In this document: one piece after another, positions 1 through 10,086 of the stretch | Position numbering within the stretch: position 1 is the stretch's first letter | How the letters are laid out: each line of letters opens with the position of its first letter | Source: Chloroflexota bacterium | Lineage (GTDB): Bacteria; Chloroflexota; Dehalococcoidia; Lucifugimonadales; JADFKI01 | Direction of reading: 5' to 3' | NCBI GenBank assembly: GCA_027623195.1 | Contig: JAQBUT010000015.1 | Span: 1-64,000 of the forward strand | Length of the DNA: 64,000 nucleotides | The notes under the pieces: model-generated | Told to the model about the DNA's origin: nothing | Databases searched by the model: none | What the model saw: the letters and a program-made list of their open reading frames with translations, nothing else | Program-made: the position numbers and the translations under genes

Positions 1-114
1 TATTTCTGTCATTTTAGGAGCGGGACTCTCTCTTAGCTACCTGTCTAAAAAACCGATACCACCTCAGTTGTCTCGCTGGAGCCTTGCGAAGGCGGCGTCT
101 TCACCTTTGGCCGG

Positions 115-738
115 ATGTCGGGGAAAGCCATTCACATCATCCAGGCGGAGGCTGAATCGGAATGCCTCCAAATGCAAGAGGTGATACGAGAAACCTGGCC
201 ACTGATGCCGAGGCCGCTGAGGGCGTACAACAAGGCGTTTTCTCAGAGATGGGCCCGCCATATTCTGGGTAAAGACGCCAGCATCGAACACGAGCTAATG
301 GCCCCTTGGCAGGATATGGCTGACGAGCAGGCGTTGAAGTGGCCGAGGCTACGGGAGCTTGTGCGGCCTCCCGTCTTCTACTATCGCTGGGGTGTGGCCG
401 ACATGGACCGAGAGACGGACATTAGCGCTCTGCGAAAGGCAATACGGATTGCCAGTTCTGTGAACGAGGTCATTTCCCGAGAGGGAGTCAGCGATGGCCC
501 TCACGACTGGTGGAAGAAGCACCTGGAGCTTATGGCTAGACCCGACGTCATCGCCGAGCTAGATCGCCTCGGAGGTGGGGAACAGCCAAGGCCAAACTCT
601 CTCTGCCACCGATTGCCTAACGGGGATTGGAGTACGGTTTACCTGGCCGCCATCGTTTGCCATAACATCATGGACCTGCAGTCACAAGCAGCCCTGCTGC
701 TCTGGCCTGGAGAGGTTACATCGGGATGGCTTGGTTAA
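115..738 (+). CDS. hypothetical protein (207 aa)
   Basis: Long ORF convergent with glyA; no recognisable motif; start uncertain. Confidence 0.45.
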   Translation: MSGKAIHIIQAEAESECLQMQEVIRETWPLMPRPLRAYNKAFSQRWARHILGKDASIEHELMAPWQDMADEQALKWPRLRELVRPPVFYYRWGVADMDRETDISALRKAIRIASSVNEVISREGVSDGPHDWWKKHLELMARPDVIAELDRLGGGEQPRPNSLCHRLPNGDWSTVYLAAIVCHNIMDLQSQAALLLWPGEVTSGWLG

Positions 739-748
739 AGCCAACCGC

Positions 749-1993
749 CTAGGCGTCTATCCCCGGCACAGGGAACCTGCCGCATAATTCGATGATCTGG
801 TCCCGGACCTGTCGCACTATCGATTCGTCCCCCAGGTTGCCCAGAACCCTGAGGATAAGCCGCGCGATAAGTCGGGTCTCGTCGACGCCCATGCCCCGGC
901 TGGTGATGGCCGGGCTTCCCAGGCGCATTCCACTTGCGGTTCGAGGCGGCTTCTGGTCGTAGGGGATGGCGTTGCGGTTAACCACGATGTTGGCTTCCCC
1001 GAGAGACTCTTCGGCCTGCCTCCCTGTGATATCCATGGGGGTCAGGTCCACCAGCACGATGTGGTTGTCCGTGCCGCCCGATACCAGGCGGAGGCCACCC
1101 GCTTGAAGCTCCTCTGCCAGCGCAACTGCGTTGGCACGAATGCTCTTCTGGTACGCCGCGAACTCTGGTGTCATCGCCTCGTTAAAGGCTACCGCCTTGG
1201 CTGCGATAACGTGCTCTAGTGGGCCGCCCTGCATATTGGGGAACACAGCGCTGTTGACTGGTCGGGCCAAATCCAAGTTGGACAGGATTAGGCCGCCGCG
1301 TGGCCCCCTCAGTGTCTTGTGAGTAGTTGACGTGACTATCTCTGCGTCGGGCAGGGGAGAGGGGTGCTCGCCCGCCGCAACCAGCCCTGCTATGTGGGCC
1401 ATGTCCACCATGAGTTTGGCATCTACTTCGTCGGCGATCTTCCTGAAACGCCCGAAGTCAATGATGCGGGTGTAGGCTGACGCTCCTGTGACGATGAGCT
1501 TGGGCCTGTGCTCCTTGGCCAGCCGCTCCACCTCATCATAGTCTATTAACTCCGTATCTCTGTCGACCCCGTAGGCTACGAAATTGTAAATCTTTGCTGA
1601 GAAGCTAACCGAGGCCCCGTGGGTCAGGTGGCCACCGTGGTCCAGGCTCATGCCCATGGCAGTATCGCCAGGGCTTATGGTGGCAAAATAGGCGGCCATA
1701 TTGGCTTGCGCGCCGCTGTGGGGCTGAACGTTTGCATGTTCGGCCCCAAACAGCTTTTTGGCTCGCTCGATGGCCAGACTCTCTGCAACATCCACGAATT
1801 CGCAGCCGCCGTAGTATCGCCGGCCTGGGTAGCCCTCAGCGTACTTGTTCGTCATTACGCTGCCCTGGGCCTCAAGCACCGCCTTGCTGGCGTAGTTCTC
1901 CGACGCAATCAGATTGATCGTGTTGCGTTCGCGATCGATTTCGTTCTGAATGGCCCGACCTACATCCGGGTCCTGGTCCATTAGTTTGCTCAT
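749..1993 (-). CDS. glyA: serine hydroxymethyltransferase
   Basis: [41 protein letters not shown] (PLP Lys), FPNMQGGP. Confidence 0.98.
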   Translation of the reverse strand: MSKLMDQDPDVGRAIQNEIDRERNTINLIASENYASKAVLEAQGSVMTNKYAEGYPGRRYYGGCEFVDVAESLAIERAKKLFGAEHANVQPHSGAQANMAAYFATISPGDTAMGMSLDHGGHLTHGASVSFSAKIYNFVAYGVDRDTELIDYDEVERLAKEHRPKLIVTGASAYTRIIDFGRFRKIADEVDAKLMVDMAHIAGLVAAGEHPSPLPDAEIVTSTTHKTLRGPRGGLILSNLDLARPVNSAVFPNMQGGPLEHVIAAKAVAFNEAMTPEFAAYQKSIRANAVALAEELQAGGLRLVSGGTDNHIVLVDLTPMDITGRQAEESLGEANIVVNRNAIPYDQKPPRTASGMRLGSPAITSRGMGVDETRLIARLILRVLGNLGDESIVRQVRDQIIELCGRFPVPGIDA

Positions 1994-2064
1994 GTACCTG
2001 ACTCCATTAGGGCAGACATCTCAGCCGAATGATTAGAGCCGTGCTTCCTACGGGCCATGAATTA

Positions 2065-2643
2065 TTAAGACGCCTCGGGTTCAATCAACCCGTAATCACC
2101 GTCGGTCCGTTTATAGATGACGTTGAAGCCTTCCGTCTCTATGTTTTGAAACAGGAAGAAATCGTGATCAAGAAGCTCCATTTCCACAATGGCGTCTTCT
2201 ATTGCCATGGGTTTCATTGGGAAACGCTTGGACCTTACCACCTGCCCAAATTCAGCCACAACGGCGTCTTCAGGTATTTCGTTTTGCAGGTCGATAGTCC
2301 CCTCAGACACGGGGTCCGGGGTTCGGACTGAATCCCTCTTGTTGGACTTCGATACGCGAGTCTTATATCGGCGTATTTGGCGGTCCATAACGTCCGTCAC
2401 TGCATCCATCGCCGCGAACAGGTTTAGGCCAGCCTCCTGTCCCCTGAGGGTGCTGCCTGCAGCCGAAATGGTCATTTGCGCCATGACCTTCTCTCCTTCG
2501 GACCGAGTTGTTGTGCGGGAGAGTTCCAATTTGGCGTCCACGCTGCCCCGTAAGTGCCTGTTAAGCCTGTCCAGCTTCTTGTCAATGTACTGTTCGGCCT
2601 CGGAGTTCAGTTCGATGTTCCTTGTGAAGATACGCAAGTCCAC
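2065..2643 (-). CDS. hpf: ribosome hibernation promoting factor, long HPF (RaiA family)
   Basis: S30AE N-domain plus C-terminal KRFPMKPMAIEDAIVEMELLDHDFFLF...YKRTDGDYGLI; GTG start at 2643 follows AGGAGGT RBS. Confidence 0.93.
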   Translation of the reverse strand: MDLRIFTRNIELNSEAEQYIDKKLDRLNRHLRGSVDAKLELSRTTTRSEGEKVMAQMTISAAGSTLRGQEAGLNLFAAMDAVTDVMDRQIRRYKTRVSKSNKRDSVRTPDPVSEGTIDLQNEIPEDAVVAEFGQVVRSKRFPMKPMAIEDAIVEMELLDHDFFLFQNIETEGFNVIYKRTDGDYGLIEPEAS

Positions 2644-2722
2644 GACAACCACCTCCTGAGCAAATTCCACTGGCTCGTGAGCGTATTGCGCCCCCGATAC
2701 CAATGCTTTAAGGCACACCTAT

Positions 2723-2751
2723 ATTGTAGGCCTTGTGTGGTCGGCCTTCAA
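2723..2751 (-). promoter_or_regulatory. sigma70-type promoter for hpf
   Basis: Minus strand TTGAAG-17 nt-TACAAT, about 80 nt upstream of the hpf start. Confidence 0.6.
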
Positions 2752-3207
2752 GCGCATAGTGCTCGGGTTGAAGGGGTGAAATAATGCCAAATCAGCCTGG
2801 TTCAGCCAGTTAGGTTCCGAAGAAGAGGCACAATCCCATTTTACTCGGGTGGAGAACAGGTTGAGAATACCTAAAATGCCATGGAAATACCTCTTGATTT
2901 GGCCAATACCAATATTGGACTGAGAGGCTCATCTGAAGTATCCTATTATGGTGCAACAGGAAAATACATATTATCTGAAGGAAAACGGTGGCGCTCTGGG
3001 CCCTCGGGTTCCTTTGATGCGCAGCACAATCACATTTAGCGGCGTCTGCACTCAGGCATGGCGTGTCCAGTATTCGTAGAGCCTCCGGCCCATTAGAAGG
3101 CCCTTCCGAGCACCTTTCTGACATCGGCATGCATCTAACGGTTTCAGTAGACCTGAGTGGAGACGGTTACGACCAACCTACGGCGGACTTCCGCACAACG
3201 GAGCGAC

Positions 3208-4263
3208 ATGATTAGAGGAGTCCTGGAGCGCTATAAAAGCTATCTCCCCGTGAACGAAAAAACGCCAATGTTCACGCTTGGCGAGGGGGACACCCCTCTT
3301 GTAAGGTCCAGGACCATATCGCAAGAGGTCGGATGCAACGAGTTGTACTTCAAGCTAGAGGGTTGCAACCCCTCCGGCTCTTTCAAAGATCGCGGGATGG
3401 TGCTGGCGGTAGCCAAGGCCATGGAAGAGGGCGGCGAGAGCATCGTCTGCGCCTCTACCGGTAACACCAGCGCATCGGCAGCAGCCTACGGCGCCTACTG
3501 CGGCCTTCAGACCACAGTCTTTGTCCCCAAGAACAATATTGCCAGAGGCAAGTTAGCCCAGGCGATAACCTACGGGGCCCGCATTGTTCTCATCGACGGA
3601 AACTTCGACGACGCACTTAAGATCGTTCGTGAGTTGACTGCGAAGCACCCCATAATCCTCGTAAATTCGCTGAACCCGTACAGAATCCAAGGTCAAAAGA
3701 CTGCCTCATTTGAGATCGTTGAAGACCTGGGAACGGCTCCCGATTACCTTTGTGTCCCTGTGGGGAATGCCGGGAACATCACCGCTTATTGGCAGGGCTT
3801 CGTTGAGGCCCGGCAGATGGAGTGGACGGCCACCCTCCCGAAAATGATGGGCTTCCAGGCCGAAGGCGCTGCTGCCATCGTCAAGGGCCATCCTATTGAG
3901 AAGCCAGAGACTATTGCCTCCGCCATCAGGGTTGGTAATCCCGCCAGTTGGGAAAGCGCCGTTAAGGCCAGGGACGAGTCTAATGGCATGATCGACTCCG
4001 TTACAGACGATGAAATCATGGAAGCCTACCAGATGCTGGCCAGGCAAGAGGGCATATTCTGCGAACCGGCCTCAGCTGCCTCCGTGGCAGGACTGTTAAA
4101 ACTTTCCCGCAACGGCGTGCATCTCAACGACAATAAGATCGTCTGCGTTCTGACCGGGACGGGCCTTAAAGACCCAGACCTTGCCAGTTCCATGGAGCCG
4201 GTTTTTATGGATGAGTACCCCCCACAGCTTGAAGCGGTGGAGCGGGCCTTGGAGTTAGGCTAG
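3208..4263 (+). CDS. thrC: threonine synthase
   Basis: [19 protein letters not shown] (PLP Lys), [42 protein letters not shown] 3208 preferred (GGAG upstream) over 3157. Confidence 0.93.
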   Translation: MIRGVLERYKSYLPVNEKTPMFTLGEGDTPLVRSRTISQEVGCNELYFKLEGCNPSGSFKDRGMVLAVAKAMEEGGESIVCASTGNTSASAAAYGAYCGLQTTVFVPKNNIARGKLAQAITYGARIVLIDGNFDDALKIVRELTAKHPIILVNSLNPYRIQGQKTASFEIVEDLGTAPDYLCVPVGNAGNITAYWQGFVEARQMEWTATLPKMMGFQAEGAAAIVKGHPIEKPETIASAIRVGNPASWESAVKARDESNGMIDSVTDDEIMEAYQMLARQEGIFCEPASAASVAGLLKLSRNGVHLNDNKIVCVLTGTGLKDPDLASSMEPVFMDEYPPQLEAVERALELG

Positions 4264-4827
4264 TTGATAGACCAGGAAAAGATAAAGAGCGCGGTCTCCT
4301 CGATAATCGAGGCCTTGGGGGACGATCCTACCAGAGAGGGACTGCAAGAAACCCCAAGGCGAGTCGCCGAAATGTACGCGGAATTCTTCTCAGGCCTAGA
4401 GGAAGACCCGGCAGATGTTCTCTCCACAGGATTCGAAGAAGGTCACCAGGAACTGGTGGTTTTGCGAGATATCCCTTTCTTCTCGATATGCGAGCATCAT
4501 TTCCTCCCGTTCTTCGGTACCGCCCACGTTGGGTATATTCCCAGGGGACGTGTAGTAGGTGCTTCGAAGCTTGCCCGCGCAGTGGACATATTGGCGCGGC
4601 GTCCTCAGATCCAAGAGCGCCTCACGGACCAGTTGGTGGAGGCGCTTAATAAGACTCTTGAGCCCGACGGTGTCGCCGCCGTTATCAGCGCAGAGCACAT
4701 GTGCATGTCGTTGAGGGGCGTTAAGAAGCCAGGTAGCAGAATAGTTACGTCGTCAGCCAGGGGCAGGCTCAAAACCCAGGCGGCGGATCGACAGGAATTT
4801 TTTAATTTGCTGAAAGAGATTAATTGA
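4264..4827 (+). CDS. folE: GTP cyclohydrolase I
   Basis: [38 protein letters not shown]. Confidence 0.96.
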   Translation: MIDQEKIKSAVSSIIEALGDDPTREGLQETPRRVAEMYAEFFSGLEEDPADVLSTGFEEGHQELVVLRDIPFFSICEHHFLPFFGTAHVGYIPRGRVVGASKLARAVDILARRPQIQERLTDQLVEALNKTLEPDGVAAVISAEHMCMSLRGVKKPGSRIVTSSARGRLKTQAADRQEFFNLLKEIN

Positions 4828-5804
4828 TGCCCCTTACCGTTCAGTTGGAGGGGTTCGACAACCTGCAGGCGGAATGGGAGCAGCTATTACCGGAGACGGC
4901 CGCCGATACGATATTTATTACGCCATTGTGGCAAAAGCTCTGGTGGGAGCATTTCGGGCAAGAGGCAAACCTGCATATAGTCTCAGTCAGGCAGGGTCAG
5001 GAGCTGATAGGCATCGCGCCTCTGATGTTAACGGATGGGGTGCTGTCCTTCCTCGGCGACACCGACCTGTTTGATTATCACGACTTCCTGGTGAGAAAAG
5101 GCAACGAGGCCGAGTTCTTTAACGTGCTCTGTGAGCATCTGGTTGAGCTTGATTGGCACACATTTGAGCTCAAGTCCTTGCGGGGGAACTCTATGACTTT
5201 GGCCCATCTCAAGGCGCTGGCAGACCAGAAAGGGTTCCAGACCGAGATCACGGAGGAGGATGTTTCTCCGTTTGCTGCGTTGACGCCAACTTGGGAGGAA
5301 TACCAGGCAGGGTTGCGCAAGAAAGATCGCCACGAGTTGCGCCGGAAGTTGCGGAGACTTGAGGCGGGAGATAACGCTCGTCAGTACTCGTGCGAAGACC
5401 CTGCTACGTTAGCTGAGTACATGCCGGAGTTTTTCCGGCTTATGCGCGCCAGCAGTCATGACAAGGACGACTTCTTGACGGAGGAGCGGGAGCTTTTTTT
5501 CAAGGATATGGCTGTAAGGCTAGCGGATAAGGGCATATTCAAGCTTTTCTTCCTGGAGGTTGACAACATTCGCGTTGCCTCCTGTATCGCCTTTGACTAC
5601 GGCGACGCGTACCTGCTTTATAATAGTGGCTACGATCCTGAGTATTCGTCTCTAAGCGTTGGGCTTCTGAACAAGGCCCTGTGCCTTAAAGAGGCCGTGG
5701 AAAAGGGCAAGAGCACATTTGATTTCCTAAGAGGAACTGAACGGTATAAATATGATCTTGGTGGACAGAATCAGATTGTTTACCAGATGACAATTAAGCG
5801 TTAG
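4827..5804 (+). CDS. GNAT family N-acetyltransferase (CelD/BcsL-like)
   Basis: FITPLWQKLWWEHF, YNSGYDPEY, FDFLRGTERYKYDLG; TGATG overlap with the folE stop. Confidence 0.8.
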   Translation: MPLTVQLEGFDNLQAEWEQLLPETAADTIFITPLWQKLWWEHFGQEANLHIVSVRQGQELIGIAPLMLTDGVLSFLGDTDLFDYHDFLVRKGNEAEFFNVLCEHLVELDWHTFELKSLRGNSMTLAHLKALADQKGFQTEITEEDVSPFAALTPTWEEYQAGLRKKDRHELRRKLRRLEAGDNARQYSCEDPATLAEYMPEFFRLMRASSHDKDDFLTEERELFFKDMAVRLADKGIFKLFFLEVDNIRVASCIAFDYGDAYLLYNSGYDPEYSSLSVGLLNKALCLKEAVEKGKSTFDFLRGTERYKYDLGGQNQIVYQMTIKR

Positions 5805-5973
5805 GTCCGTTTCGTATAACCCTGAGGGCAGGCGGGCTTGGCTTCGAAAATAGGACCTCATCCAGAATTCTTTTTCAACCCCTGTGCTGGGGTGTCGGTG
5901 TATTCCACGCGATTGGGGCCTCTAATTCCCTGGGGGAAGGCCCTGACCCGGTAAGAATCAGGCGGAGTAATGT

Positions 5974-7197
5974 ATGCGTAGACTGGCGTTGTTGAGCTTC
6001 CACGGATGTCCCGTGGCGCGCCTCGGCGAAAAAGATACCGGCGGCATGAATGTGTACGTCATGCAGTTGGCACGCGAATTTGGCAAGCGTGGGCACCAGG
6101 TGGACGTGTTTACCCGCTATCACGACCCCTCGGACCCACAGATCGTCCAGTTGGGTGAGGGTGCCAGGGTCGTGCACCTCAAGGCGGGTCCTTACGATAC
6201 GACCAAACAGGACCTGTACCAGTTCATACCAGAGTTCTTAAACGCTATGGACTCTTTCCGCTCCAGCCAGGGTATCGACTACGACCTGATACACAGCCAC
6301 TACTGGCTTTCCGGGCGGGTTGGCATGGCTTTGAGCCAAAAGTGGAATGTGCCCCATGTGGCTACCTTCCACACCCTGGCCAAGACTAAGATGCGCGCCC
6401 GTGCTGGAGAGCAAGAGTCTGAAATCAGGGCCAACGTCGAGCGCAAAGTCATGGAAAGCGCGGACGGGCTAGTGGTGTCCACTGAAATGGAGAAGGACGA
6501 CCTGATTGGGCTTTATCAGGCATCCAGGGCCAAGATCAAAGTCGTACCTGCCGGTGTGGATTTGGAGTTGTTCTATCCCAGGGACAAAGACGAGGCAAAA
6601 CAGAAGTTGGGATTAGAGGAGAATCGGGTTATCCTATATGTGGGGCGCATAGAGCCTCTCAAGGGTATCGAAATCCTGCTGGAAGCAGTCAAGCTTCTAG
6701 AAGACTCTGAGGATACCAGGCTGGTAATCGTCGGGGGTAGCCTGGAGGACGACGCCGAACTGGAAAGGCTCAAGGGCCTCTCCGAGCGACTGGGCATTGA
6801 GGGGAAGGTAACCTTCACAGGATCGGTTCCTCAAGAAATGCTACCTGATTTTTATAGCGCAGCCGACGCATTTGTGCTGCCGTCGTATTACGAGAGTTTC
6901 GGGCTGGTGGCCTTAGAGGCTATGGCCTGCGGAACGCCGGTAGTGGTTTCCAGAGTCGGTGGACTTAAAACGTTCATTAAGCAAGGCGAAACTGGTTATC
7001 TAATACCCTGGCGCTGTCCTGAACCTTTCGCGCAACGCCTAGACATGTTACTGGCCAATCCCGCCCTTAAAGAGTCCATGGGTAGGGCAGCCAGGGCACA
7101 GGCGTTAGAGATGAGCTGGAGTGGGGTTGCAGACCGTCTGCTGGACTTCTACTCGGACCTACTAGCTGATAGTTGGCAAAGCGTCGCCGGAGCGTGA
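5974..7197 (+). CDS. mshA: GT4 glycosyltransferase, MshA-like (D-inositol-3-phosphate glycosyltransferase)
   Basis: DTGGMNVYV, LIHSHYWLSG, FHTLA, VGRIEPLKG, PSYYESFGLVALEAMACGTPV match MshA motifs; GT4 family is secure, exact substrate is inferred. Confidence 0.7.
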   Translation: MRRLALLSFHGCPVARLGEKDTGGMNVYVMQLAREFGKRGHQVDVFTRYHDPSDPQIVQLGEGARVVHLKAGPYDTTKQDLYQFIPEFLNAMDSFRSSQGIDYDLIHSHYWLSGRVGMALSQKWNVPHVATFHTLAKTKMRARAGEQESEIRANVERKVMESADGLVVSTEMEKDDLIGLYQASRAKIKVVPAGVDLELFYPRDKDEAKQKLGLEENRVILYVGRIEPLKGIEILLEAVKLLEDSEDTRLVIVGGSLEDDAELERLKGLSERLGIEGKVTFTGSVPQEMLPDFYSAADAFVLPSYYESFGLVALEAMACGTPVVVSRVGGLKTFIKQGETGYLIPWRCPEPFAQRLDMLLANPALKESMGRAARAQALEMSWSGVADRLLDFYSDLLADSWQSVAGA

Positions 7198-7200
7198 TAA

Positions 7201-7926
7201 TTGAACAATGGGCGGGACCAGTCTCAATCGGAGCCAGGCTCAAACAACGGCAGCCCGCTTCGCCCTTCTTACTACCAGCGTGGCGAGCGTCACTTCTGGC
7301 GTAGGATAGCTGCTGGCTTTTTCGTTCTAGTACCCCTTCTTGCAACCTTTCTGGTTATCCGCCTCGTATTCGGCTACGTCGATGGCATCTTTCGCGGTGA
7401 TACCGGACTTCTCACCAGGTGGATTGAGGGTACGCCTCTGGACTTCCCCGGCGTTGGGGTGGCGTTAACCTTAGGCTTGCTATATATCATTGGCCTTCTG
7501 GTAGCAGCTGAGGCCGGACGCAGGGCAGTGGGTTGGCAAAATGCTGTGCTCTCCAGAATACCTGTAGTCAAGAGCATATACGGCGTGGCCAAGCAGGCCA
7601 CGGACAGCCTCGTATCTCCATCAGGGCACCAGTTCAGCCGCGTTGTCTTCACAGAGTGGCCACGAGAAGGCTTTTTGGCTTTGGGCTTCATTACCGGCCG
7701 TTGCCCTTCGCCAAGGGATGATGGCTTAAACATGTTGGTGGTATACATTCCCACGGTGCCGAATCCCACATCAGGCAACTTGGCATTCGTTTCGGAAAAT
7801 AAAGTTATAGAGACGAAGCTTACGGTGGAGGAGGCGATGAAGATCGTATTCTCAGGGGGTATGGTGTTGCCGGAGGATATGGCCGTAAAGCACTTGCCGG
7901 GCCAGCCTAACTTGCCAGGCCCCTAG
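7201..7926 (+). CDS. DUF502 membrane protein
   Basis: Two TM segments, RIPVVKSIY, VYIPTVPNPTSG, TVEEAMKIVFSGG. Confidence 0.88.
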   Translation: MNNGRDQSQSEPGSNNGSPLRPSYYQRGERHFWRRIAAGFFVLVPLLATFLVIRLVFGYVDGIFRGDTGLLTRWIEGTPLDFPGVGVALTLGLLYIIGLLVAAEAGRRAVGWQNAVLSRIPVVKSIYGVAKQATDSLVSPSGHQFSRVVFTEWPREGFLALGFITGRCPSPRDDGLNMLVVYIPTVPNPTSGNLAFVSENKVIETKLTVEEAMKIVFSGGMVLPEDMAVKHLPGQPNLPGP

Positions 7927-7985
7927 GATTTCTTAAAGCTCTGTGGTCACGTTGCCGGCGGCTTTCTAAAAGACCGGCTGAATCT

Positions 7986-8915
7986 CTAGCCAACACGCGT
8001 GGGGAATTTCTTTTCGTACCACAGTGTCTCGTGCACCTTCTTGAACCCCAGCTTGAGATACAGCTCCCTGGCAGGAGTATTTTCAGAGTCAACCTCAAGC
8101 TCGATGGAGTCCACACCTTGAGCCTTCAGGTATTGCATGCCGGCAGCCACAATTGCTCTGCCAAGCCCTTTGCCTCTGTAGTCAGGGTGCACGCCTGTCA
8201 TGGATATGAATCCCGTTGCCTTGGATTCGCTAGCCGAAATCATAGTCCAGTTGTACGCTGCGGGTTGGCCATTATCCGTTATGAACAAGATGCCGTCGGG
8301 CGTCATTCTATCCAGGCGAACGCGGGCGCTAATCTGGTCCACCGTGTTGGGGCTAAACCCCCAGTTTTCCCCGAAAGCCACGTTTTGTAGCTGAGTGAGC
8401 GTCTCTTCGTCCTTACCAATCTCGAAAGGACGTATCGAGTACCCGTCCGGCAGGGATGGGGATGGCCTTACGTCTCCCAACCACTGCATCTGCCAGTAGC
8501 CTTTGGTCATGTGGAAGCCCTCCGTCTCCAGCACCCGCTTGGCGGCATCGCCCTGGGAGGAGACCTCCACGTGGAGTACTTCGACTTTGAGGCTTTCGGC
8601 CTGAGATACTGCCTTGTTGAGCAGTTCGCGACCGATTCCTTGTTTGCGGTAATCACCCAGGACACCGCCGCTAGCTACGGCGCGTCCGATGGGGGCCTCG
8701 TACGATATAAGTACGAAGCCAACGACCAAATCGTCGGTTTCAGCGACGAAGCAACGTTCTAGTGGATCGACATCCGGTTGGGAAAGGAATTGGAGCATGA
8801 AATCGGCGTCAAATGCCTTTTCAGTATCACCGAGGTTGTTGATGTCGTTAAAGACAGCCGTCACTGACTCGACGTCAGTCCATCGAAAATTCCTTACTTG
8901 TAAGCCAGGTTCCAT
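7986..8915 (-). CDS. tandem-GNAT acetyltransferase, mycothiol synthase MshD-like
   Basis: Two GNAT domains (YRKQGIG; GVHPDYRGKGLG) and LEVDSENTPARELYLKLGF, resembling the MshD C-terminus. Confidence 0.7.
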   Translation of the reverse strand: MEPGLQVRNFRWTDVESVTAVFNDINNLGDTEKAFDADFMLQFLSQPDVDPLERCFVAETDDLVVGFVLISYEAPIGRAVASGGVLGDYRKQGIGRELLNKAVSQAESLKVEVLHVEVSSQGDAAKRVLETEGFHMTKGYWQMQWLGDVRPSPSLPDGYSIRPFEIGKDEETLTQLQNVAFGENWGFSPNTVDQISARVRLDRMTPDGILFITDNGQPAAYNWTMISASESKATGFISMTGVHPDYRGKGLGRAIVAAGMQYLKAQGVDSIELEVDSENTPARELYLKLGFKKVHETLWYEKKFPTRVG

Positions 8916-9271
8916 TCACTACTCCGGTTTGACTGATAGCATACTAGGCTGGCAAGTCGGAGTCGTCTGTTACCGTCACGCGTTTATTCGTCACCCCCCC
9001 CCGACTGCAGACAGATTGTAGCAGAGCGAAAGCGACGTGGCTAATAGTGTATTCGATAGCGCAGCGGCTTGTTGATGCGACGCTCAAGGGAGGTGTTCGG
9101 GTTGCCCGCCACACACCGAAGCATTATCATATCTCCATGGCCGTGGTGGACATGCTGGTTTCTAGGGCTGGCCCCATGGCAAGTGGCCAACGGATGTTAG
9201 GTGGGAACGCGTCGTGACAAGTAATGTGGCGCAACTGTCCTGCAGATAATTAATGGAAGGCGTAGCAATAA

Positions 9272-9970
9272 ATGATAGATAGACCCGAAAAGGCTATGGT
9301 GGTTATCCCGCATCCCGACGATGCGGAAGGAGGGTGCGGGGGAACGATAGGGAAGTGGATCAAGGAGGGCACAGAGGTCGTGTTCGTGCTGTGCACCAAC
9401 GGTGACAAGGGCACCAGCGACCCCGAAATGACGTCAGAGCGTTTGGCGGCCATCCGTGAAGTAGAGCAGGCCAATGCAGCAGAGACCCTGGGAGTCAAGG
9501 AAGTGATTTACCTGAGATACCCGGATGGCGCTCTGGAGGACACAACCGAGTTTAGAGGGCAGATAGTCCATGCGGTGCGAAAACATCAGCCGGAAGTTGT
9601 ATTCTGCACTGACCCTCACAGGCGGACGTTCTACCTCCATCGCGATCATCGTATGTCTGGACAGGTGACCTTGGACGCCGTATTTCCCTACGCGAGAGAT
9701 ATTCTGCATTATGCCGAACATAGGGCAGAAGGCCTGGAGCCGCACAAGGTAGGCGATCTTCTCATGTGGGGCACCGAGGCCCCAGACGAGTTTATCGATA
9801 TCACGGACACTATCGACCTGAAAATCGAAGCTCTGAAAAAGCATGTTAGTCAGGTATCCGGCGGCGACCGCGATGTGGCGGACTTTGTTAAGGCCAGGGC
9901 GCAGACTATCGGCCAGCGTGCAGATGTGCCCTACGCCGAGGGATTCCGGCGTATCCAGTTCCGGCGATAG
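9272..9970 (+). CDS. PIG-L family deacetylase (MshB/Mca/BshB-like)
   Basis: PHPDD metal motif, TNGDKG, HRDH, KIEALKKHVSQ. Confidence 0.88.
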   Translation: MIDRPEKAMVVIPHPDDAEGGCGGTIGKWIKEGTEVVFVLCTNGDKGTSDPEMTSERLAAIREVEQANAAETLGVKEVIYLRYPDGALEDTTEFRGQIVHAVRKHQPEVVFCTDPHRRTFYLHRDHRMSGQVTLDAVFPYARDILHYAEHRAEGLEPHKVGDLLMWGTEAPDEFIDITDTIDLKIEALKKHVSQVSGGDRDVADFVKARAQTIGQRADVPYAEGFRRIQFRR

Positions 9971-10086
9971 AACGCCTGATACCCGCGATGACGACTGAAT
10001 CGAATTCTCAGGTAGTCTTTTCGGTTCCTGGGATTACCCATGTTCTATATAGAGGCTGGGAATTGGGAATATTCGGCAGGTAGCGT

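Noticed and set aside
2644..2900. raiA-motif RNA upstream of hpf
   Set aside because: A good promoter sits about 80 nt from the start, leaving no room, and no consensus was recognised.
2900..3200. SAM-I, glycine or T-box riboswitch in the thrC leader
   Set aside because: Only fragmentary resemblance (TTATC...GGTGG...GGCCC); core motifs such as GCAACC, the P1 partner and the T-box sequence are absent.
8916..9271. ncRNA or tRNA in the gap between the MshD-like and PIG-L genes
   Set aside because: No cloverleaf or convincing stem pattern; consistent with a divergent promoter region.
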